From IMG/VR virus record IMGVR_UViG_3300042445_001604, positions 1 through 64,000 of that record: a DNA stretch of 64,000 bases; one strand, written 5' to 3'. Positions 39,101 to 48,743 of this stretch are shown in pieces (positions within the stretch are counted from its first letter, which is position 1; each line of letters begins with the position of its first letter). The notes below the pieces were generated by a model, which worked only from the letters and a program-made list of their open reading frames with translations, searched no databases and was not told the DNA's origin. The position numbers were made by a program, and so were the translations under genes. This stretch comes from a virus.

Positions 39101-42100
39101 AGACGCTTAACAGCCTTCCCCATCCACACATCATCGTGGCGGTACTTTCCGAGGTAGCGGAAGATTTCGCGCATAACCAAGTCACTCGCACGGTTGACTT
39201 CCTGAGTCGACGACGGTGATGCACCGAGGAGTCCAAGAACGCTTGCCGTCGTGTTGCGGTCAAGTTGGAGGTCCTTAGAGTGAGTGTAGTACCCAAGGTC
39301 TTCGTCAAACTCATCCGTCTTCATACGAATCTTGGTGGCACCAGACCTAAACCAAGCAACAGGCCCACCAGTCTTGAAGAACGAGTGGTGGAACTTAGTC
39401 ATCTCACGGCGGTAAGTGCGGAATGCTCCCAAAGCCGACTGGTTCATACGACCAGCACGAGAAGACTGAACTTTGCCAGTCTTAGTGTTCGTGATGCGGA
39501 CATAGGTGTAGTAGTACTCGTTGGGAGTCTTTGTGACGACTACCTCAAACTTATACTTAGTTCCCTTGTCCTTACCAGACTTAGATGTGTACTCGTGAGT
39601 CTCGGTGACAAGTTCGTCTTCAGAGCGACGCTCCGAGTTCGGGAAGAGTTCCTGCATCTTGTCCAAGACGTCAAAGACGACACCCTCCTTCTGAAGTTTG
39701 AGCATCTTCTTGAGGTCACCATAAGTGATGTGACGCCAGCGAGAAACCTCAGCAGCATCTTCTGGCGACAAGGCATCGTCTTGCGGGGTATTGAACGAGA
39801 AAGCATTCTTAGCCTCATCGATTAGGTCTCCAGAGTCATCGTACCCAAAGCCGTCGGTGATGTAGATAAGTTCGTCTTTATCGACGTTACTGCCACGTTC
39901 CATGTAGCGAATCATTTCGCTGGAGTCTTTACCCTTGTTGAGACGCTTGTTGTTCAGAGGCTTAGAGGTGTCGTACCACTTGCCGTCCTCGTCAAGAATA
40001 AACTCCTGCATGACACCAAACTCATCCAAGAAACGAATGTGGTTGTACTCAGATGAACCCGAAATGATAACATCACGCCAGTCACTGCGATAGCCAGTCT
40101 CGAGGTCTACAACATCTTCGCCCATCTCGTCGGCGATTTTCTTCTTCGCGTCATCGTTGCCCTTGAACCCATCATCGACGGAGTCCATGTCAACACCCTT
40201 GTCAACAAGGCGCTTGCGGAAGTCAGCAAGAGGAATTTCGACAATGCTAGAACCAAGAGCCTCGGGCGAACCAAAGTTCTCCAGTGAAACTACGACGTTC
40301 TCTCGACCATTCTGGATGGCTTCAGTGTAGAGGTCAACAAGTTCTTCTTGGCTAGTACCCGCAACGAATGCGCTCAGTGCTTCCTCGGCGGTAGCAGGCT
40401 TGGCGTTGTCAGTTCCCTCACGGGTAACGTCAGGGTTCTGAGCGCGGTAAGCGTTGAGAGCGTCTACGTTAGAAGTGTTGCCGTTCTTTGCGTCCAACTG
40501 ACCAGCAATGAAGAGGTCAGTGTCAAAACCACGGCTCGACAGAGCAACAACCAAAACGCGAGTCGAGTAGTTTTTGCCACCAATGATGACAGACTTCTTG
40601 CCATTCTTGATTGCATCAGCGAGAGCGTCCTGCAAGTCGGTTTCGGAAACCCCGTCAAGGCTCTTCGCACGGCGAAGTTCAGTGGCTGAAGGGAGAGAGT
40701 TGAGGTTGTATGAACCCAGCATTAGTTCGGGAGCAGGAGCAATCTCCGTGACCGTCTCAGCGGGAGTCTTCTGTTGGTTGATTTGAGACTGAATCTCGTT
40801 GCGGATGCCATCAATGCTTCCGCCGTCATAGACGCCCGCGTAGTAGTACTCCTTGCCATTCTCGTCGACGAACGAGATTGACCACTTGAGACCGCCATCC
40901 TCTCCATCAAGGGCATCAAAAATTTGCACAGAGTATTGGACATTTCCGTTTTCCCAGACGTTGTCGGGGTAGTTGAGAAGTTCATCAAGACGGTCCATGT
41001 GGACATCTTCGAGAAGTTGCTCAGGAGACGTTACATTTGCTTCGGGCTCTTCGGGAGAGGCGTCAGCATCAATCTCACCCTGCAGTTGGTCACGAACCAA
41101 ATCGCGGGCAGTGAGACCCTTGTCGCGGTCACCCATACCAATGAACATGCCATCAGAAGTTAGCGGGAAACTAAGGTTGTACTCTTTCAGGTTGCCTTCA
41201 GAGTCTGTGTACTCAATACCAATGTTGATGGTATCGCCCTCGTCAGCATCCTCAATGACATAAGCAGAAACTCGGACGTTCCCAAACGTGGCACTATTCT
41301 CAAAACCCTGCTCAGCAAAAAGGGCGATAGTGTCAAAAATGTCGCCTTCGAGAAGTTGGTTGGGGTCAGTAATGCCCTCTCCGCCATCTTCAGGTGCGGG
41401 GGTTGTGGGAGGTGTGGGGGGCTGATTGTCGCCACCGTCACTATCCGAGAGAGAGCGGATTTCCGCGATGGCATCGTCCATCTCATCCTTGGGGAAGTAG
41501 CGAGCCGAGTTATCTCCGTCGAGAATAGACTGGTACAACTTATCGCGGACAAGGCCAACAGGAAGGTCGCCGTTCTCGTTAACGAGTTTTGCGCGAAGCA
41601 GGTCAGCAATTTCTTGAGTCTGCTCGACAGTTCCATTGCCTTCGGGGCTAGGCTCTGCTGACGGGTTGTCAAAATGCTGTTCGTTGGTCTGCGTGTTCTT
41701 CCATGCGTGCAACTGACGAACAAAGTTTGCCTTACCCATACGGTTTCCAGGCAGAAGTTGCTGAGCATCAATTTCAGTCCCGAGGGGAAGGTCATTCAGG
41801 ATGTTGCGCGAAACGCGGTTTCCGTCTGCGTCGCGGAAGGTGACGTCTCCTTCAAGACCGAAGGGGTTCTCGCTAGTCGGAGCAGGGGTAACTACCTCTT
41901 CTACAACGGGAGTCTCGGTGGGGGGAGTTACTTCTTCTGTGGCAGGAATCTCTGCAACAGGAGCGGTAGCCTCAGCCTTGCTGGGGTCACGGATAAAGTC
42001 AGGATTCTCGAACTGGTCCTCGTGCTCGTCAATGCGGAGTTCCCACTCGTCGCTAACGAGGTCGTAGCGAGCGCGAGTGGCTTCATCCATACCTGAAGTC

Positions 42101-42939
42101 CTGCCACCGAAGACGCGCTCAAACTGAGCAACCTCTTTACCGAGGTCTTTGTTCGACATACCAGCAGGGTCAGCCTTAGGGGCCTCGGGAGTTGCGTCGG
42201 TCGGAAGTGTGGCTACAGGGGCTTTGTTAGCGAGGTCGCGTGCACGAGAGAGTTGTGCATCCGTCATAGTCTCTCTGTCAAAATCTGTGGGGACATAGTC
42301 CTTACGCGTCATGTCAATAGCGTGGACAGCCTTCATCGCCTCGCCAAGGTCATCTACCGACTGGACAGTGTTCTGGGGGTCGATGTTGTCGACTACGTCA
42401 TATCCGCCAAATTCGTTCGGCTCAATCGTGATGTCGCCATCCTCAGAGATGAACGCACCATCAATGTCAGGGTGCTCCATAAAGTCTGGCGGAATTTCCT
42501 GAAACTCGAGGTCTTCAATGTTGGGGAAGTTGCCAAAAGAACTTGGGTTCTTAAGGTCAATGCCCTTACTGGCAAGATAATCTCCCGGCAAAACAGCCTG
42601 GACACTGGACGACTTAGTGCCCATGTCCGAAGCAAGATTAACTGGGTAACGATAGAAACCTTCGGGCACACTGCCGTCTTCGGAATTGACATGGAACCAA
42701 CCCATGTTCTCGCCACGGTCAGAACCACCAACAAAGCGCGAGAACGTAGCAACAGGAATACCATTCTGGCGCATGACAAGTCGCATGAGACCAAACATGA
42801 AAGCAAACTTGCCCTCGTCATCACGACGCTGAAGACGGGCACGAGCCGAACGAGCAGCGAACGAGTTACCACCCGAATACGCGCTCGCAAGGATTGCGTT
42901 CAAGCGGGCGGTGAGGTCTGTGTTATCGCGGTTGTCCAT
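36190..42939 (-). CDS. giant putative internal head/ejected protein with C-terminal HExxH metallopeptidase-like motif
   Basis: 2249 aa between portal and protease; VFLHELWH then a downstream E (YSEV); N-terminal QRRDDEGKF. Confidence 0.7.
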   Translation of the reverse strand: MDNRDNTDLTARLNAILASAYSGGNSFAARSARARLQRRDDEGKFAFMFGLMRLVMRQNGIPVATFSRFVGGSDRGENMGWFHVNSEDGSVPEGFYRYPVNLASDMGTKSSSVQAVLPGDYLASKGIDLKNPSSFGNFPNIEDLEFQEIPPDFMEHPDIDGAFISEDGDITIEPNEFGGYDVVDNIDPQNTVQSVDDLGEAMKAVHAIDMTRKDYVPTDFDRETMTDAQLSRARDLANKAPVATLPTDATPEAPKADPAGMSNKDLGKEVAQFERVFGGRTSGMDEATRARYDLVSDEWELRIDEHEDQFENPDFIRDPSKAEATAPVAEIPATEEVTPPTETPVVEEVVTPAPTSENPFGLEGDVTFRDADGNRVSRNILNDLPLGTEIDAQQLLPGNRMGKANFVRQLHAWKNTQTNEQHFDNPSAEPSPEGNGTVEQTQEIADLLRAKLVNENGDLPVGLVRDKLYQSILDGDNSARYFPKDEMDDAIAEIRSLSDSDGGDNQPPTPPTTPAPEDGGEGITDPNQLLEGDIFDTIALFAEQGFENSATFGNVRVSAYVIEDADEGDTINIGIEYTDSEGNLKEYNLSFPLTSDGMFIGMGDRDKGLTARDLVRDQLQGEIDADASPEEPEANVTSPEQLLEDVHMDRLDELLNYPDNVWENGNVQYSVQIFDALDGEDGGLKWSISFVDENGKEYYYAGVYDGGSIDGIRNEIQSQINQQKTPAETVTEIAPAPELMLGSYNLNSLPSATELRRAKSLDGVSETDLQDALADAIKNGKKSVIIGGKNYSTRVLVVALSSRGFDTDLFIAGQLDAKNGNTSNVDALNAYRAQNPDVTREGTDNAKPATAEEALSAFVAGTSQEELVDLYTEAIQNGRENVVVSLENFGSPEALGSSIVEIPLADFRKRLVDKGVDMDSVDDGFKGNDDAKKKIADEMGEDVVDLETGYRSDWRDVIISGSSEYNHIRFLDEFGVMQEFILDEDGKWYDTSKPLNNKRLNKGKDSSEMIRYMERGSNVDKDELIYITDGFGYDDSGDLIDEAKNAFSFNTPQDDALSPEDAAEVSRWRHITYGDLKKMLKLQKEGVVFDVLDKMQELFPNSERRSEDELVTETHEYTSKSGKDKGTKYKFEVVVTKTPNEYYYTYVRITNTKTGKVQSSRAGRMNQSALGAFRTYRREMTKFHHSFFKTGGPVAWFRSGATKIRMKTDEFDEDLGYYTHSKDLQLDRNTTASVLGLLGASPSSTQEVNRASDLVMREIFRYLGKYRHDDVWMGKAVKRLNEGAMFKDLNLGIDIDYLYAVASAYDAQISNQQALDSHGEGISFDQRTPLEVGDTVDYVPSFKVDIRRRGKVVKRLGYVDANGGYRYTDYIMVQWEDGRFQITTTRNNRLIETATGTDGSERVKYKDGYTDPRAGYGTDADGIDAQELLPQPLPPLAPAVKPERQTAQRDENSDLVLPDGTVIPEKPLGVAGETVQKRPSEVVPGDFISLFTEDLTLTVAPVIAPVQVSSDGLLVQNTVAVRQTDGTYTVENAAYTVSTPNETIPVLIYPEYPENSATPAQLNEILELLATKDASVSGNSGLMNYYLGVMDGKDMSGVYSREEVADIIQELRNSPDRTPAKPIDQAAELARVVAEEEERNGNPDAAQVLGGLADAAAIVASQTDGTEETTKSAGDNSLAGRVAQTASTMNLGSYGLKQDDRKRLPANSNPADVKIGTNRTYKGTKPTEEASALKDQMMEFGSEAWGLAQQRVVDELRQRGYQGIETYEDVSKAEAAITKEADRLKEISSFSLGNATNFGYTEEDIQLIIKKMAGDGYVDENFNVDYKKIRGLGETLTSDAPDFGDLLSPWSRDGAALIYAMANSPEIKQKVEEMLRTKKKAKEQLEAHREVLKKFFKDSKIAHDKATVDTLKELGVEFDNVSMSALGIRSSYGGSSITERGEMGKAIQEAFNRVPRAILLQLAEIMQNNKMQLVVAPTKGRGNMRKYSGHYKIAVSREHGRSQGGIQFQSAYENPYTDVFLHELWHVIQEVSPNVAQLEHAWLYDRLVSTDKDGSDVLPQLASATGSTRVGKEKGFNTVNGFVSNYLLKQYGERGLFSDAENFFSPNNKYSEVATMVMQDIFGHNGQSSVGDGMVVYASKYNGRAFAANSSALFQNESTGKWYTDKEMTDEIKNAKTYGRPVEQFDEQVKHFGMGLLLLLSDWSPTQGLGSKSENKKYMAEDLFFDMATGKWYTDSSMTTEIPSADVIG

Positions 42940-42998
42940 GTTTTCTTTCTCCGTGAGTGGTAAGTCTAAATCTCTGGATAGTATATCAGTTAGAGTTG

Positions 42999-43523
42999 TT
43001 ATACGATGCGGGCAAGTACGTCAGGAGCGCTGGCTCGGAGACGCACTACGGCGAACTTGTATTCGGCAGAAGCAGGGTCGTTAGCAAGAACCGACGCAAC
43101 CAAAGCCTTGGTTTGGGGATTGGCATTGAGGGTTCCAGCCTCCCAAGCAGCACGTTCTTCGACATATGCCGACGCCGTCAGGGCCTCGTCAGTGTTCGGA
43201 AGAAGGGGGTGCCCGAGGGGGAGCAGGTCAATGTGGGGAGTAGTCGCATTGTTCTGGGTAGCCACGGACAAGAAGTTCTCAACTGCTCGGATAATGCCGA
43301 AAGTAGCCGACTTTTTGTCCTGCCCAACGCGAGCGTTGTTCTCGCGGATAACAACCTCGCGGACGGCATACGGCAAAACGTGACGGGCAGGAGCAACCTG
43401 CGAGTTGGCGCTGGCAGTAAGGGCGAGTGCGTACTCAGTGAGAGACGGGGTACGACCCAAAGAAATGCGCTTAAGTTGTACGGGCCCGTTGTCAATAAGA
43501 GCGTTCAGGTCATCTTCATACAT
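42999..43523 (-). CDS. hypothetical head-region protein
   Basis: 174 aa; DLLPLGHP matches DLLPASHP of the 2216 aa protein; two ALTASA motifs. Confidence 0.7.
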   Translation of the reverse strand: MYEDDLNALIDNGPVQLKRISLGRTPSLTEYALALTASANSQVAPARHVLPYAVREVVIRENNARVGQDKKSATFGIIRAVENFLSVATQNNATTPHIDLLPLGHPLLPNTDEALTASAYVEERAAWEAGTLNANPQTKALVASVLANDPASAEYKFAVVRLRASAPDVLARIV

Positions 43524-43525
43524 AG

Positions 43526-44023
43526 TTAGTTACCCTTCTTGGGGAGCAGGTCGGCATCATGTGCGCTGTACAGGTCGACAGCGAGTGAGCGGGTGCGCTC
43601 AAATGGGTTGTCGTTCTCGCGGACGGCGCGGAGCCATGTCGCACGGAACGCGGGAATGACCTCAAAGCCAAGACCAGCGTAAGCAGTGATAGCAAAGATA
43701 GCATGCTCAGGGGTCACATAAAAAGACTCATCTTTGACGGTGATGTTCGTCCCAGCAGACACAGCACCAGCAGTAAGAGTCTGCAAGTCCATGTCCTCGT
43801 TACTGCGGGACTTGAGGTGGTCGAGAACACGAGTCATCGCCGTCTCGTGAATCGAGAGCGAGTCAGAGCCCTTGCTCGACGCAGCGCCTCGGTAGTAGAC
43901 GGTCTTGAGTTCCGACAGCGAGCAGTCGCGGGCATAGTCGCCAGCCTTACTACGACGGGCAAGAGAGACGAGTTCTTCCTCGGTGGTCGAAGAAAAATGA
44001 AGTCGGCGTGATGGTATTGACAT
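43526..44023 (-). CDS. hypothetical head-region protein
   Basis: 165 aa; LKTVYYRGA...AMTRV matches LKAVYRRGA...AMARV of the 2216 aa protein. Confidence 0.7.
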   Translation of the reverse strand: MSIPSRRLHFSSTTEEELVSLARRSKAGDYARDCSLSELKTVYYRGAASSKGSDSLSIHETAMTRVLDHLKSRSNEDMDLQTLTAGAVSAGTNITVKDESFYVTPEHAIFAITAYAGLGFEVIPAFRATWLRAVRENDNPFERTRSLAVDLYSAHDADLLPKKGN

Positions 44024-45705
44024 TACTGTGGCTCCGCTAATGGAATAGGTGGTGCGTCGGTCGGGGGTGCTGCAGACGGGGTAATAGGTTCGGGGGTGGG
44101 CTCAGGCGCAGGAGTTGCCTCTTCGGCAGGAGCAGGAGTTGCCTCCCCGCCAGCGAGGGCATCTGCAATCTCGGGCGTAATCGGTGCAGGCGAGTTAGCC
44201 TGCTGTGAGGCGCGGGCTGCTTGGAACAACTCAGGGGCAATCGTGTTGAGCAGAGCCTCAGAAAGTTCAGGCGTAATGGCTCCACGCTGGAACAAAAGGC
44301 GCAAGGCGATTTCCGTAGGCTCAGGAGCATCAGCATCCGAGAAGCCGTGAGTACGACGCCACGTGTCCAAGGAGATTGCCATTTTCTCGAACCCAGAGTC
44401 AGCATCAGCAGCGCGGTCATTGCGAGTTGAGATGGCGCTGGGGTCAAACCAGACGACAATGCGCTGAACATCTGCTTCCTCGTAGCCGATGGACTTCAGA
44501 TACGGACGAAGATAAACGACAGTCAGAGCATCGGAGATGAGGAGGAGAAGGGGTTCGATGTGCGCCTTGTAGAGACTCTCATCAATCTGTACGGCGTTCG
44601 AGTAGCGGACGTTGGCAAGGCCAGTGACAATGTCTTTGGGGACATCGAGTCCCTGAAGGATGCGCTCGAGAACACGGTCAGCACGCTGAGCAAGAGCAGG
44701 GTCGAAAGAACGCTCAAATTTAAATTGCTTGATTTTATCGCCAAGTTCAGCAGGTCCTCGAATAATCAGTGGTACAACGGCGGAAGCGGATGATTCGTCG
44801 CTGATGGGGGTCGTCATCGCGTCGATGAGTTGGTCTTCGAACTCATCCTCGGCAGACTCAGGAGTGTTGACGATATCGTCAGCGGGGTCGAACGGGTAGT
44901 CGGGGTCGGCTGCTGCGGAAGTAGACAGTCCGTCAGGAAGATAGAGAGCACCAGCGTTGAGACGCGAGCGAGCCGTAGCGCGGAAGGTACGGTTCAGAAG
45001 GAGGAGTTCATCGCAGAGGTCGAGCAGACCCTTAAGGCTGGACTCGGCGTCCTCCGAGTAACGGGGGTGGCTACGCCAGATGCGACCAACGAACGCAGTG
45101 TTCGGAAGTTTGATAACGCCCTTCTTGCTGGCGTTTGACGAAGCAGCCTGTGCGAGGTCTGCACGAGGAACGATGGTGACGTTACCCCGCTGGTCGACGG
45201 TAAGTTCGTCAGTCGAACGGATATCCCAACTTTCAGGAAGACCAGTTCCAATAAGTTCGGGACGCTGAACGAGGTAGCACTCACCCGTGACGTTGAGGTT
45301 GAGGGCAGCGTCGCGGAGAAGTCCCGCCTGTCCGCCGTATGCGGAGTTGAGACGCTCAAGTGCACGCTCGGCAGCGCTGGAAAGTTGTGGCTCAACGGTG
45401 CTGGAGTTCCTGATGGGGACAGGAGCCTCGGCGGGGTCGTCGATTACAGCAGTGTAAAGACGAACACGAGAGACAACAGAAGCGACGAGGTTGAATGCAT
45501 ATTTGATTTCGCCGATGGCGTCGTAATACTCCCACGCCTCGCCCTGCCACTTGTTAGCATAGGCAGAACGGCGGTCCCGAAACTGCTCCATTTCCCTCTT
45601 GTCATCGATGCGAAGAGTAGATGCAGCAGCGGTAAGCGGTCGCGGAATAGAGTACAAAGGGGTGATTGTAGGGATGAACCCCTCACCCTTACGGAATACA
45701 GCCAT
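44023..45705 (-). CDS. portal protein
   Basis: WQ.EAWEYYD.IGEI, NL.V.GECY, RIWRSHPR, RSRLNAG, SA.VPLII.GP, GLDVP; Pro-rich C-terminus. Confidence 0.88.
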   Translation of the reverse strand: MAVFRKGEGFIPTITPLYSIPRPLTAAASTLRIDDKREMEQFRDRRSAYANKWQGEAWEYYDAIGEIKYAFNLVASVVSRVRLYTAVIDDPAEAPVPIRNSSTVEPQLSSAAERALERLNSAYGGQAGLLRDAALNLNVTGECYLVQRPELIGTGLPESWDIRSTDELTVDQRGNVTIVPRADLAQAASSNASKKGVIKLPNTAFVGRIWRSHPRYSEDAESSLKGLLDLCDELLLLNRTFRATARSRLNAGALYLPDGLSTSAAADPDYPFDPADDIVNTPESAEDEFEDQLIDAMTTPISDESSASAVVPLIIRGPAELGDKIKQFKFERSFDPALAQRADRVLERILQGLDVPKDIVTGLANVRYSNAVQIDESLYKAHIEPLLLLISDALTVVYLRPYLKSIGYEEADVQRIVVWFDPSAISTRNDRAADADSGFEKMAISLDTWRRTHGFSDADAPEPTEIALRLLFQRGAITPELSEALLNTIAPELFQAARASQQANSPAPITPEIADALAGGEATPAPAEEATPAPEPTPEPITPSAAPPTDAPPIPLAEPQ

Positions 45706-45720
45706 TGAACCGCTTTCGTC

Positions 45721-46011
45721 TTAGTTGTCGAGTTTTGCGCTGATGTAGCCAGTGACGGCAGATAGTGCAAGCACGCACGCGACAGGTAAAGTTACCGTTG
45801 GTACTATTGTATAGCATATAAATATGAATGTTCCCGCGTACATGCTCAAACAGTAGTAGCAGGTGAACAGATAGCCGAACTGGGTGCTCGGTGAGACCTT
45901 CGAGAAGAACCAGTTTCGGGGTGCGTCGAGTAGACGGTCTTCGATGAGAAGTCGACAAATTCGGTAAGTCGCCAGCGCAAGAATGACGAACTCAAACAGT
46001 GAGGGAATCAT
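45721..46011 (-). CDS. DUF1360-like membrane protein
   Basis: LATYRI.RLL.ED....PR, L.TC.YC.S; start MIPSL after GGAGG. Confidence 0.75.
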   Translation of the reverse strand: MIPSLFEFVILALATYRICRLLIEDRLLDAPRNWFFSKVSPSTQFGYLFTCYYCLSMYAGTFIFICYTIVPTVTLPVACVLALSAVTGYISAKLDN

Positions 46012-46345
46012 ACGGCCTCCAAGTTCGAAGTCGTGAACCACAACCACACGAGTTGTCCTTGCGGAAAGAAAAACGCTTCCCTTGAACCGTCGTGACAGTG
46101 TAGTCGTCACCCTTGGTTGCAGAGCCGTGGAATGTGGTGGGGCTGATTTCCTCTTTGAAGACGAGAGACGGCCCGTGCGGAGAGTCTTGAGCAATAAGAA
46201 TGTGCGTATCAGTGACGACGATGCGAACAGAATTCATACGGCGGACGGACGGATGATTCGGGGTCGAGTTCGAGGTGATGGGCTCTCGATAGTCCGAACC
46301 AGCAAGAACAAACAAGGCGGGAAAAACGTCGCACTTTACTTTCAT
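45992..46345 (-). CDS. hypothetical protein
   Basis: 117 aa with C-terminal CGCGSRLR.W. Confidence 0.7.
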   Translation of the reverse strand: MKVKCDVFPALFVLAGSDYREPITSNSTPNHPSVRRMNSVRIVVTDTHILIAQDSPHGPSLVFKEEISPTTFHGSATKGDDYTVTTVQGKRFSFRKDNSCGCGSRLRTWRPYDSLTV

Positions 46346-46872
46346 TTGGCTACCTTACCAAGACGCTTCGCCATTGCGCGATAAGTGACGCCAGTCGCGT
46401 CGGCGAGTTCCTGAACCGTCACACCGTCGGCGTGGAGTTCTTTAGTCAGGTCAGTCAGCCAGAGGTTAGCAAGACGCGCTGGATGGTTGGGAGACATCTT
46501 TGAACGGAAAGTCTTAGCGTGCGGGCCGAGTGTCTGTAGTTTGTCGCGGTCCTCCTCAGAGATACCTGGCGAAACGGGACGCTTGGGGATGTACGTCTCG
46601 GGAGTCACGAGGGTCGGCGACGGAGGAGTATGTTCAAGGACGTCGGGACGGCTGTAAAGATGAGCCCGCTCGACCCACGTACGGACGGTCGAACGGGGAC
46701 GAGGATGCGGGAGGGCTTCCCCGATGGAGCGGAGGGGCCAACCTGCCTGATAGAGGACGAGGCAACGTACATCTATATCGCGTTGGTCCTTGAGGGTACG
46801 CAGGAACTCCACCTCTGGGAGGGGGATAGATTGTCCTCTGGCTGGCCTGCGAGTCATTGTTTTAGTATACAC
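46342..46872 (-). CDS. double helix-turn-helix DNA-binding protein
   Basis: AGWPLRSIGEAL...RSTVRTW and GVTVQELADATGVTYRAMAKRL; paralogous to 54312-54839. Confidence 0.75.
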   Translation of the reverse strand: MYTKTMTRRPARGQSIPLPEVEFLRTLKDQRDIDVRCLVLYQAGWPLRSIGEALPHPRPRSTVRTWVERAHLYSRPDVLEHTPPSPTLVTPETYIPKRPVSPGISEEDRDKLQTLGPHAKTFRSKMSPNHPARLANLWLTDLTKELHADGVTVQELADATGVTYRAMAKRLGKVAK

Positions 46873-47059
46873 CGGGACTAGTTATGTACTGTGGAGAAGT
46901 TGTAGTACCTTAAGGAATTTTGGATTTGACCCCGGAGTAGGCACCGGGGGGTCCGGGCCTGCAGCCCAATTGGTTTCCTAAAAAAGTGGCCGCCTATGCC
47001 AACACCAACGCAATTCCAAAACGCAATTCGCAACGCGAAAAAAATAATTATTCACGCGA

Positions 47060-47650
47060 ATTACTGACAGCCAGCCAGCGATTACACTCACGCGACTAGC
47101 CAGCCAGCCCACTAGGCAGACAGCCCACTAGCCAACGCCTAGTGACAGCCAGCCCACCAGCCAGCGAGACAGAGTAGCCCACGACAGCCAGCCCATTACA
47201 GCCCATTACAGCCCACTAGACAGCCAGCCAGCCCACGACAGCCCACTAGCCCACGACAGCCCGTCACAGCCCCGCCTAGCCCCGTTTACGACCGCCAGCC
47301 ACGACAGCCCACGACAGCCCCAGAATAGGCACACCGCACGATTACGATAGCCAGCCACGACAGCCCGCCTACGCCTACGACCGACAGCCCCAGCCACCCG
47401 CCAGCCACCCGCTACCGTCACGCGACAGCCAGCCCACGACAGCCAGCCCCAACGCTCTCGCAACGCTCACGCGATAATGACAACGACAGCCCGACCACCA
47501 CGACAGACAGACCACGCGACCGACCGACACAGATACAGACAGACCACCCACGACCACCAGACAGACCGCGCAAAAACTTACCCGCACCCGCGCCGATACC
47601 CGCGCCCGACAGCCAGCCCGCGCCCGCACGGCAAGGCGCGACACGCCCGA
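47060..47650. repeat. non-coding, T-poor low-complexity tract of ACAGCC/CAGC repeats
   Basis: More than a dozen GACAGCC(C/A) units; strong C/A strand bias; no credible ORF. Confidence 0.8.
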
Positions 47651-47742
47651 GATAAAAAATAGTTTGTAATGTCAGCGGTATGGTGTATGTTAGGTACTAC
47701 CGAGTTAGTCAACCGACATACTCACCAAACAAAGGAAACAAA

Positions 47743-48039
47743 ATGACGAACACCACCGTCCTCAACGCCGAAGCCCAGCGGGCAGTATCGGCACTCGAAA
47801 CCGCCCGCAAGATGGTTGCCGAAGCCAAGCGTATCGAAGACGCGGCAAAGGCAGTCCTCAACGAAGCACTCACCGAAGCCAACGCAACGCACGGCACGGA
47901 CAGCAACGGCACGGTTCTCGTGGAGCGCGTGACCAGCACGAACACCTCGTTCGACCGCAAGACCCTCGAAGCGCTTTACAAGGAAGCATTCGACGCCACC
48001 ATTCGCGTTACGACCTACACCAAACTCGTCACCAAGTAA
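47743..48039 (+). CDS. small early protein, paralog family A (copy 1)
   Basis: AAAGGA RBS, upstream promoter and downstream hairpins; similar to 58949 and 61467. Confidence 0.8.
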   Translation: MTNTTVLNAEAQRAVSALETARKMVAEAKRIEDAAKAVLNEALTEANATHGTDSNGTVLVERVTSTNTSFDRKTLEALYKEAFDATIRVTTYTKLVTK

Positions 48040-48427
48040 CGCCACCGCCCGCCCCGCAAGGGGCGGGCAACCCCAAGCCCACACCGCCACGACCTAGCCC
48101 CGAAGCCCCCCGCCAGCCCACCAGCCAGCGGGGGGTTTCGCGTTGCCCGCCCCAGCCACCGACACCAGCCCGCCACGACACCGCGCACACCGACCGCGTA
48201 CGCCCGCGCACCGCGCACCGCGCCCCGCCACGCGCCCGCCACGCGCCCACGCCCGCCGACCCCGAAACGCGCCCGACCGACCGCGCACACACCCGCGCCC
48301 CAAAGTATATGTTTTTTGAGCGACCGCGCCCACCACCCGCGCAACCACCGCGCTACTTGCGAATGTCCGCGCTATGGTGTAGACTGATTACATCAGCAAG
48401 ACACCACGAACAAAGGACACAAACAAA

Positions 48428-48601
48428 ATGAGCACCACCCCCACCTACACCGTCTGGTCAAGCGGAACTCTCGCGCAGACCAACGCGGAAACCGAAGTTT
48501 ACTTTTTCCGTTTCGATTGGGTGAATGTCTGGGCGACCAACGCAGACACCGCTAGGGCAATTGTTCTCCAACTTATGGAAGACGAATTCGCAAAGCGCTA
48601 A
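48428..48601 (+). CDS. small protein (57 aa), paralog family B (copy 1)
   Basis: Hand translation MSTTPTYTVWSSGTLAQTNAETEVYFFRFDWVNVWATNADTARAIVLQLMEDEFAKR; promoter, RBS and terminator present. Confidence 0.8.
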   Translation: MSTTPTYTVWSSGTLAQTNAETEVYFFRFDWVNVWATNADTARAIVLQLMEDEFAKR

Positions 48602-48743
48602 CGCGCCACGCGGGCGGGCGGGGAAACCCGCCCGCTTTCGCGTACCCGCCCACGACACGCCCGACACTCTCACCGCTTGACTTTTGTTTGATACCGTGAT
48701 AGACTTGCGATAGCAAGTCACCACAACGAAAGGACAAACCAGA

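Noticed and set aside
47206-47662. ORFs within the ACAGCC tract
   Set aside because: Low-complexity translations caused by strand bias; no RBS.
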